This document shows positions 57,268 through 64,000 of a stretch of DNA of 64,000 nt, one piece after another. Origin of the DNA: a virus. Made by a program: the position numbers and the translations under genes. Numbering within the stretch: the first letter of the stretch is position 1; each line of letters opens with the position of its first letter. The notes below the pieces were generated by a model. That model searched no databases and was not told the DNA's origin. It saw nothing but the letters and a program-made list of their open reading frames with translations. The DNA is taken from the IMG/VR virus record IMGVR_UViG_3300021963_000074, positions 26,743 through 90,742 of that record; one strand, given 5' to 3'.

Positions 57268-57910
57268 GATGAAACTTCAATGCCCACTGTTCTGGATTAA
57301 TGTAATCATTGATTATTTTAACATGATCTGGATTTAATGTCTCTAGAAAACGGACACCACTATCACTACAATACAACAGCCATGGACTTATTTTACCATT
57401 ACATATCAATTGACATACTCTATTCATGTTTCCATATCGCAAATAGTCTTTGGGTAAGATGTTATCTTTTTCTGCCCAATCAATTGTGGATTCTACACTA
57501 CGATGTATTGCATCAAACGCATCTTCCTTACGCAAATAGTCAATCAAGTATTTGGTATAGTTAGTATCGGTGGCCCAGTTATCAAGTTTGATACTATTTG
57601 CTAATAACCAATCTACATATCGAGGAACATTAAGAACATTACTGCCTACACAATATGTGCCAAATTTAACAAAAGCAATGTAGTATGCGCTTTTGATAAA
57701 CTCCTCATATGTTTTTACTTTTTTAGATGCTGAGTGTTTTTTATAAAATTGTAGGAAACTCTGAAACCCCATTCGGTTACTTTGTTTGTCTTTTTCTAGC
57801 CAGCGATGTTTAGTTTCGCAAATATGTGTTACTAGAGTTTTTTCTCTAATAAAATTACGATTGCAAAACTCACAACTAAACGCTGGTTTAGTTTCCTCGG
57901 TCTTCTTCAT
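57212..57910 (-). CDS. C2H2 zinc-finger-containing protein
   Basis: FSCEFCNRNFIREKTLVTHIC. Confidence 0.7.
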   Translation of the reverse strand: MKKTEETKPAFSCEFCNRNFIREKTLVTHICETKHRWLEKDKQSNRMGFQSFLQFYKKHSASKKVKTYEEFIKSAYYIAFVKFGTYCVGSNVLNVPRYVDWLLANSIKLDNWATDTNYTKYLIDYLRKEDAFDAIHRSVESTIDWAEKDNILPKDYLRYGNMNRVCQLICNGKISPWLLYCSDSGVRFLETLNPDHVKIINDYINPEQWALKFHREPELKKQITDTLKQAGY

Positions 57911-58475
57911 ATCTGCGGATATCTTCTTCTGTTACTAAACTGCTTAACAATTCTATATCTGTGTATTTCAAATCAGGATACTGTTTTGCAAGATAGGTTT
58001 TCTTTTTATGCTCATTCACAAACTCTTTGCTTATCTCTTGTAAACTACCATCATCAGCTTTAGGATATACTTTTCCAAAATAATCTTTAACATCTTTTTC
58101 TTTGGGTGTTTCTTTTAATTGACTTACTTTAGTTGATAGATGAGGTATCCATTGATGAAACTGTTTCCCTAACCCTGGACTGCTTGCACACAGCATCAAC
58201 CATTGCAACTTAGGATGTTTTTGTACATTCTCGTTAAACAAATGTTGATTTGCGTGATAGTCTACGCTACGTACATAATATGCTTGTAGTCCACTATTTG
58301 CTTTTATTTGACTCATCCAATGCGTCATCATATAAGGAACAAATTTTCGTTGTTGTTCTTCTGTTAGTCTATCTATGTAGCCGTAGTCTTTCTTATCTAA
58401 TGCAATTAATGCATCAAACAAATCAAAGTCTTGTTTTTCAAACTTTTCTTCTACAGGAGTTTTCTTTGTTGCCAT
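57888..58475 (-). CDS. Possible clamp loader small subunit (gp62-like)
   Basis: FVPYMMTHWMS..N..H..LQW pattern, replication context. Confidence 0.5.
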   Translation of the reverse strand: MATKKTPVEEKFEKQDFDLFDALIALDKKDYGYIDRLTEEQQRKFVPYMMTHWMSQIKANSGLQAYYVRSVDYHANQHLFNENVQKHPKLQWLMLCASSPGLGKQFHQWIPHLSTKVSQLKETPKEKDVKDYFGKVYPKADDGSLQEISKEFVNEHKKKTYLAKQYPDLKYTDIELLSSLVTEEDIRRYEEDRGN

Positions 58476-58476
58476 G

Positions 58477-58977
58477 TTACCAAGCCTGTTGATAATCTAC
58501 TATCTCACAATTACGACTAATCTCTTTTACAAAATAAACACATCTAGGTTTATTTTCATCATCAATTGGTACACATAGAAATTGTCCGTTCTTTAATCGA
58601 GGTGCATACCAAGTTACATCATGGTATATGTCTACTATCTCAATATCAGGAAAGCTAGGACGAAATGCACTTAGTGGGTTGAATTCAAATGCTTTAAAGC
58701 CTCTATCATTAATGCTTGTCAAGGGTAATGTTTCTAAGTCACCTATCTCAGGTTCGCCAATCAATATTTGCCAATCAACAGGCATCTTGATAGTCTTGTC
58801 ACCAATACGCAATACTAGTGCAGGGCTATTGAAACTTTCTAAAAATATCAACGGTATATAATGATAGTCTACATTTTGTGGATTGCTATTGTCAAGAATA
58901 GCGAATCTTAAATCATCTACTTCTTCGGGTAGAGTTTCAAGATTGTAATATGTGTTGTCAAGGGTTAAAATTCTCAT
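58477..58977 (-). CDS. Hypothetical protein, possible inactive Hint-like fold
   Basis: 166-aa beta-rich ORF with its own consensus promoter. Confidence 0.7.
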   Translation of the reverse strand: MRILTLDNTYYNLETLPEEVDDLRFAILDNSNPQNVDYHYIPLIFLESFNSPALVLRIGDKTIKMPVDWQILIGEPEIGDLETLPLTSINDRGFKAFEFNPLSAFRPSFPDIEIVDIYHDVTWYAPRLKNGQFLCVPIDDENKPRCVYFVKEISRNCEIVDYQQAW

Positions 58978-58983
58978 GTTGTT

Positions 58984-59012
58984 ATTATATCACTATTTTA
59001 TCTGTATGTCAA
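58984..59012 (-). promoter_or_regulatory. Consensus sigma70 promoter (leaderless)
   Basis: TTGACA-N17-TATAAT, 6 nt to ATG. Confidence 0.85.
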
Positions 59013-60455
59013 CTTTTCCATGTCGAACGGGTAGTTTGCTTCACGATAAAATTCTTTTCGTTTAGTCAAATGTCTTTTGGCAAATTTGCAGGAGCTTGTG
59101 ATATCCCATATTTGGACAAAATCTTTGTCTTCCGCTTTTCTGATTCCTCGTCCAATTGATTGGATAACCCTGACAAAACTTTTGCCAGGCTCAATAAGAA
59201 CCAGATTAAAAATTCTTGGTATGTTAATACCCACCGCTGCCACACCGTACGTGGCAACAATAATCTTGTTTGTACTGGTGGCAATTTCATCGTATTCCTC
59301 TTTTCTTTCAGTCATATTTGTATTACCTGATACAAACACGGCGTCAGGTAATCTGCTGATTAATTCTTTACCTGCATTTACTCTGTCAACTAGTATCAAC
59401 GTATTACCTGATTCTTTGACTTTTAAAATCAATTCGGCAATAGCATCTAATCTATGAGTATCCTCAAGTAAATGTTTTAATTCACTTTGATAGTTTGAGA
59501 ATTCTACTTCATCTTTTAGTTGTACAATATTTACATGGCATTGTGCAAGCACACCCTTTTCTTGCAATTCACTTGCACTAAGTTTATTGGTTAAGTTACC
59601 TATACTTACATACAATGCTTGTGCTTCAAATATTGCTTTAGGTATTGTTCCAGTCAATCCCCAACGAATTGGAATATGACTCATTACACCGGTCAACAGT
59701 TCTTTAAGTACCTCAGCTTTTGCCATGTGTACTTCATCAACCATGACACAAACAACACCTTCAATAAACTCCCCTATTGATACTTCTGCTTCACCTGACT
59801 TGGTATTCTTTAACATATTACCAAGACTTTGCCAAGTGCAAATCGTATGCGTCTTTCCATATTCTTTTCTATCACCAAAGTACACACCAACATCTAAACC
59901 TAAATTAATGTAGTCTGCTTCTGTTTGTACGACTAAACTCTTGTTAGGGACGATGACAATACTACGACCATAGTTCTCAATACTGTAACTTAATGCCGCA
60001 GTCATTAATGTTTTACCTGCACCCGTTGCTACTTCTTGTATTGATTGAGGGTTAGCTAAGAATTCGTTTACTACAGTAAGTTGATAATCTCTAAACTTGA
60101 CGGGTTCACCTTCTTTAGGATGACCTTTTGGCCAACTATAATGACTAAAAGTATCCTCTTCAATCTGTTTAAAATTGAATGTTGTACTATATGTACGCAA
60201 GTCTTCCAACTGAATGTCATATCCTGCACTATCTAGAATAGGAAGAATCTCTGGCAATAAATTCACATAACTACTGCCGCCTAGACTAAAGAAACTGATT
60301 TTACCGTTCCAACGACCTAATCGGACACTTGGCAAATACCTCGCGCCTGGCTTCTCATATTCAAATTTTTTCATCAATGCTTTGCGGTCACCTAGTTCTA
60401 GACCTTCAATCTTTACATTGACTTCATCTTTGATTATTAATTTGCATTCTTTCAT
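58998..60455 (-). CDS. uvsW: SF2 DNA helicase, UvsW-like
   Basis: WNGKI, RDYQ, ATGAGKT, DEVH, GLTGT and QSIGRGIR motifs. Confidence 0.9.
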   Translation of the reverse strand: MKECKLIIKDEVNVKIEGLELGDRKALMKKFEYEKPGARYLPSVRLGRWNGKISFFSLGGSSYVNLLPEILPILDSAGYDIQLEDLRTYSTTFNFKQIEEDTFSHYSWPKGHPKEGEPVKFRDYQLTVVNEFLANPQSIQEVATGAGKTLMTAALSYSIENYGRSIVIVPNKSLVVQTEADYINLGLDVGVYFGDRKEYGKTHTICTWQSLGNMLKNTKSGEAEVSIGEFIEGVVCVMVDEVHMAKAEVLKELLTGVMSHIPIRWGLTGTIPKAIFEAQALYVSIGNLTNKLSASELQEKGVLAQCHVNIVQLKDEVEFSNYQSELKHLLEDTHRLDAIAELILKVKESGNTLILVDRVNAGKELISRLPDAVFVSGNTNMTERKEEYDEIATSTNKIIVATYGVAAVGINIPRIFNLVLIEPGKSFVRVIQSIGRGIRKAEDKDFVQIWDITSSCKFAKRHLTKRKEFYREANYPFDMEKLTYR

Positions 60456-61486
60456 AGAATTATTACCGGGTCATTGTTTACTATGTGTATCACTTTACTT
60501 GTGCCACAAGCATATTTTAATGCGTAAGTTGCCGTGAACACTTTACCAGTTATCAGTACAGGAAATTCGTATTCATGTAAATCACTAAGTATCTGTTCAT
60601 CTTTATTCCTAATGATACATGTTATTTTATTTTCAAGCAATGTTTTAGCCTTTCGTAGATGTCCTAATTTAAACGAATCGTTTATTACAATCAAATCAGG
60701 TTTTATCTGTAGTAGATAATCTACTAAGTTTTCATCACTATAATTAAATTCAACTACGTCATTTATTGCAAAATCAATTTCTTCCTGTGAAAACTTTTTC
60801 AAGTATTCGTCAATCACAGACTGATCAATATTGATTCCAAATCTTTTCAATCTAGGCAGTAACGCAAGATCAATGTCAAAAGATAAATGTTCTATGGCTT
60901 GTTGCAACATAGGTGAAGTCGCTACCACATAGAAGTTATTATTTATATAACAGAATTTGGGGTTCCATATTTTTGCATCATAGATAGAAGTAGAATCTAG
61001 CATTGATTTGATACTATCGCAGTAGTTGATTTTTGTATAATGCTTCTCAATAGAATTTTTAATTACCTTTAGTGTGTAACTATTTGCTGGCATTCTCCAG
61101 AACCTATCTTCTTTGTGCCAAATAGGATTTATTTCTAAATTTCTAAATTCAGTTACAAAATCTTTTTTATAGGGGCTACGCAAAATCAATTCATCATCGA
61201 CCAATAACAAATGCACCTCAGTGAATTGAGGTAGACTTGGAATAGGAGCATTGTCCCATGGCAAGTTTAACAATTCATCAACATGAATTTCTAATTTTTC
61301 TATTTGTTTTTTATATCTGGATGTAATCTTATCCAGCAACGATGCTTGATTAGTAGTCAATGGTTTCTTATTGACTAGGTTCATTGTTTCCAAGTTGGAT
61401 AGGAACCTTTTATCGTAAGTACCTAACTTTATGGCTGATGCAAGAAAATAAATTAATTGTTCTTTAGTTTTCGGTTTTGATATCAT
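60452..61486 (-). CDS. Hypothetical protein with HARP-like segment
   Basis: LRSPYKKDFV...WHKEDRFW pattern, ATGA-coupled to the helicase. Confidence 0.65.
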   Translation of the reverse strand: MISKPKTKEQLIYFLASAIKLGTYDKRFLSNLETMNLVNKKPLTTNQASLLDKITSRYKKQIEKLEIHVDELLNLPWDNAPIPSLPQFTEVHLLLVDDELILRSPYKKDFVTEFRNLEINPIWHKEDRFWRMPANSYTLKVIKNSIEKHYTKINYCDSIKSMLDSTSIYDAKIWNPKFCYINNNFYVVATSPMLQQAIEHLSFDIDLALLPRLKRFGINIDQSVIDEYLKKFSQEEIDFAINDVVEFNYSDENLVDYLLQIKPDLIVINDSFKLGHLRKAKTLLENKITCIIRNKDEQILSDLHEYEFPVLITGKVFTATYALKYACGTSKVIHIVNNDPVIIL

Positions 61487-61492
61487 CTAGTT

Positions 61493-61521
61493 ATTATAAT
61501 ACTTATGCATAGATAAAGCAA
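61493..61521 (-). promoter_or_regulatory. Sigma70-type promoter (leaderless)
   Basis: TTGCTT-N17-TATAAT, 6 nt to ATG. Confidence 0.75.
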
Positions 61522-61531
61522 ACACAAAGGC

Positions 61532-61554
61532 AAAAAAAGGAGACCGTAGTCTCC
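61532..61554 (-). terminator. Intrinsic terminator
   Basis: GGAGAC-TACG-GTCTCC-T7 (UNCG tetraloop). Confidence 0.88.
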
Positions 61555-61602
61555 AAAAATAGGGTGGGGACTTATTGACATTGCCCCTGCCTTCACACGG
61601 CG

Positions 61603-62616
61603 TTAAACTTTCATGCAAGTTGCCTTAGCAAGATTCTGCCAGTTGCTCGGGCTAATCTTGACCAAGTCTGCAATCTTCAATGCCATACGCAATGACACTT
61701 CACGCAATTTGTTGTGATTGTCCCACATGTAACTCATAACATCCGATGATTGTTCATCGGTGAAATCGTACTCGCTAAACAAACCACCGTCAGCATCACG
61801 ATGGACCTGCTTGATACGCAACATTTTATCACGCTCACTATTGATAGTGAGATCCAGATAGTGACAGCGACTTTGCAGTGCATCCAAGTGAGCCTTGATT
61901 TTGTTGCTACGACGGTCAGCAAAATTCAAGTTAGTGATAAAGATCACCGAGCCATTGAAATTGAAAGTATTGGGGATACCTTCTTCACGCAAAATGCGTG
62001 AGTCTTTGTTCCAACTGATTCGGCGAGTTTTGCCTGAATCCAAAGCACCTTTCAACACATTCAATGCATCAGGGTCTTCCCAAATGTCACAGTCATCAAA
62101 GACCAAAACATTCTTACTGTCAGAATATTTGTACAGTTTAGAGAACAAACCAATACCTGACATTGCACCTTTCACAATATCAAAACGAGGACGCTTGCCT
62201 GCAATTTTATCAAACAGACTTGCCTTCTCCATTTGCATAGTCACGCCGTGCGACTTGCCGACACCAGGGGGACCTGACACAATCATAGCACGAATGTTGC
62301 CTGAGATACATGCGGCACTCATTTCATCAAGCACATTGAATCGGCTAGCAATGCGATCCATTGCCTCAGTTTCAGATTCATTGACCTCTGGCTCAACTGC
62401 TACGACAACAGGCTCAGTGCCTGACACAAATTGCAAATCATTTTGATTAGCAACACCAACCCTGATCAGACCACTGCGACCCGGGAATTGACCTTCATTT
62501 TTCACTGTAACAAACCCACCTTTCGTACCCAATTGGTACCCTTTCACCAATGTGAAAACTTGATTAGCGATCGGTTGATTGCGATACGTCCCAGAAACAA
62601 TGCGAACAGTAGACAT
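61603..62616 (-). CDS. AAA+ family ATPase
   Basis: GPPGVGKS Walker A, VLVFDD Walker B, IFITN, SRC. Confidence 0.8.
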   Translation of the reverse strand: MSTVRIVSGTYRNQPIANQVFTLVKGYQLGTKGGFVTVKNEGQFPGRSGLIRVGVANQNDLQFVSGTEPVVVAVEPEVNESETEAMDRIASRFNVLDEMSAACISGNIRAMIVSGPPGVGKSHGVTMQMEKASLFDKIAGKRPRFDIVKGAMSGIGLFSKLYKYSDSKNVLVFDDCDIWEDPDALNVLKGALDSGKTRRISWNKDSRILREEGIPNTFNFNGSVIFITNLNFADRRSNKIKAHLDALQSRCHYLDLTINSERDKMLRIKQVHRDADGGLFSEYDFTDEQSSDVMSYMWDNHNKLREVSLRMALKIADLVKISPSNWQNLAKATCMKV

Positions 62617-62648
62617 TTAAACTCCTATATTAGTCACTGAAAAATACA

Positions 62649-62677
62649 ATTATACACCCTAGTTGATTTATTGTCAA
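62649..62677 (-). promoter_or_regulatory. Consensus sigma70 early promoter
   Basis: TTGACA-N17-TATAAT. Confidence 0.88.
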
Positions 62678-62685
62678 CCAAAATC

Positions 62686-62817
62686 TTATTGTTCCATTGG
62701 GTCACCGAGCATATAGTCGGAGACATACTCTACTACAAAAGTAGTACCTTTGTGCAATTTGAGATATGCCCCAAGGGCTTCTGGATTACGAAACAACAAC
62801 CCACCAACTTTAAACAT
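62686..62817 (-). CDS. Small hypothetical early protein (43 aa)
   Basis: Hand translation MFKVGGLLFRNPEALGAYLKLHK...DPMEQ, with AAGGA RBS and its own promoter. Confidence 0.7.
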   Translation of the reverse strand: MFKVGGLLFRNPEALGAYLKLHKGTTFVVEYVSDYMLGDPMEQ

Positions 62818-62847
62818 CTAATCGTCCTTTAATCAATCAATACATGT

Positions 62848-62876
62848 ATTATATGCCCGAATTGATTTATTGTCAA
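62848..62876 (-). promoter_or_regulatory. Consensus sigma70 early promoter
   Basis: TTGACA-N17-TATAAT. Confidence 0.88.
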
Positions 62877-63721
62877 CCTTTTGCTAGATGCCATTTATCA
62901 ACACTAAAGTATTCAAAATTGTCTATTGTGCGTCTACAAAAAGAACCATTAACTTGTAATACTTCCGTATTCAGAAACATATCATTCCAAATATGCTCTA
63001 AAGGATTACCAGGTTGAATACTAATTAGTACACCGGCATTTAGTTTAAGATCCTTGAGCCAATATTGATTAGTAGTAATTCGTTTAGTTTTTCTAACCAA
63101 CATCTTCAATGGTTTCAATTCTACAGAAAGTTTCAACAGTTTAGGCTTGTTTTCTTTGTCTAATTTTTTAAAGTTTTGATTTGCATCAACTGCACACCGA
63201 ACTTCATCAATGTTAACATCGTACTCATAAAATATAGGTAGATAGTATGCTAAGCCTAACATGTTTTCTCTAACCATACGACCATCACCATGCACAAATG
63301 TGTTTAGGTCTTTACGATAGTCAGACATGCGCGGGTTATCATTTCGCAATGTTAACATCATAATTTTTTTACTGTAGTAGTCACGTATTTGTTTAGCCAT
63401 TTCAGTGTCATCACCAGTAACCATATTAAACAATTCATCCTGCAATAGCTTGCCTATACCGGAGTGACCATTATCACGTAGTCTTTTCCAAGCAACACTT
63501 AATGCTAATACATCGGTTGGTGTTTCATACACTTCATATTTTTTGACCGCATGATGCAAATTGTTTTCCGAAGAAAGCATAAATGTTGCATTTAGCTGAG
63601 CCAAAGGTTTAATTGCTTGCAACTGTTTAGGTGTAAATGTTGAATTTGTTAAACTACCTGGTGTTAAACTACCTGGACTAAGGTTACCAAAATTGTTTGA
63701 TGTTATATTTGAATAACTCAT
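62873..63721 (-). CDS. Hypothetical protein (start revised to 63721)
   Basis: ATGA overlap with the upstream stop. Confidence 0.72.
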   Translation of the reverse strand: MSYSNITSNNFGNLSPGSLTPGSLTNSTFTPKQLQAIKPLAQLNATFMLSSENNLHHAVKKYEVYETPTDVLALSVAWKRLRDNGHSGIGKLLQDELFNMVTGDDTEMAKQIRDYYSKKIMMLTLRNDNPRMSDYRKDLNTFVHGDGRMVRENMLGLAYYLPIFYEYDVNIDEVRCAVDANQNFKKLDKENKPKLLKLSVELKPLKMLVRKTKRITTNQYWLKDLKLNAGVLISIQPGNPLEHIWNDMFLNTEVLQVNGSFCRRTIDNFEYFSVDKWHLAKG

Positions 63722-63999
63722 ATTGAAATATCTTCCATTCCTGCTGTGCGTAAACGCACGATATGTCCCATCTGCCATTGCTTGGCTTCAAGACCCTTCA
63801 TAATACCTAACCAACGATTACGCAAATATGCTACTTCGTTGATTAAGGTTTCATAATCAATTACCTCGTCTTCGCCGTCTACATACTTTTCTGCATCACG
63901 GCTTGTCAATGCTCTATTATACGCTTCTAAATATTTTTGAAAATGTTTTCGACGAATTTTCCGTAATTGAATATTTAGGTAATTTAATACTGCTTCAAT
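63718..63999 (-). CDS. uvsY: UvsY-like recombination mediator (5' end outside window)
   Basis: Open frame from the window edge: ...RDAEKYVDGE...KGLEAKQWQMGHIVRLRTAG. Confidence 0.7.
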   Translation of the reverse strand: MEAVLNYLNIQLRKIRRKHFQKYLEAYNRALTSRDAEKYVDGEDEVIDYETLINEVAYLRNRWLGIMKGLEAKQWQMGHIVRLRTAGMEDISI

Positions 64000-64000
64000 C

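Noticed and set aside
1222-62446. Many plus-strand ORFs antisense to long genes (e.g. 1222-1644, 2548-3063, 17289-17816, 61895-62446)
   Set aside because: They are shadow frames of well-supported minus-strand genes, with no RBS or recognisable motifs.
1-64000. Alternative genetic code (stop codon reassignment)
   Set aside because: Conserved genes are full length under the standard code, and TAA, TGA and TAG (e.g. 10347) all end genes.
1-64000. tRNA, rRNA or group I intron
   Set aside because: Intergenic gaps are short, I found no cloverleaf or T-loop motif by eye, and no conserved gene appears interrupted. tRNAscan-SE and Infernal would confirm.

Overview
AT-rich, densely coding 64 kb segment of a large T4-related contractile-tailed (myo)phage genome, almost all on the minus strand. 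It holds a tail, neck and baseplate block (sheath, tube, gp13/14/15-like, gp4-like, two long fibre genes, GH19 endolysin). Replication and recombination genes include a clamp loader, primase, DnaB/gp41 helicase, UvsW, UvsY, EndoVII and exonucleases. Host-like accessory genes are ClpA, DnaJ, GroES, PhoH, IscU, IscA, RmlC, a MazG-like protein and a NUDIX hydrolase, and there is one free-standing GIY-YIG homing endonuclease. I saw no tRNA, rRNA or CRISPR array. Most notable: (1) a miniaturised C-family (DnaE-like) polymerase core split into two genes 42 kb apart that keeps all three catalytic aspartates; (2) a tandem array of about 9 paralogous micro-proteins whose conserved L-R-W tail often doubles as the next gene's ribosome-binding site; (3) a recurring design in which promoters sit inside hairpins that hide the RBS or AUG in read-through transcripts, for both early and late genes, together with many apparently leaderless genes; (4) a ligase-like nucleotidyltransferase and other proteins with apparent prohead-protease signals. 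All calls come from motif recognition by eye, and no database search was run.
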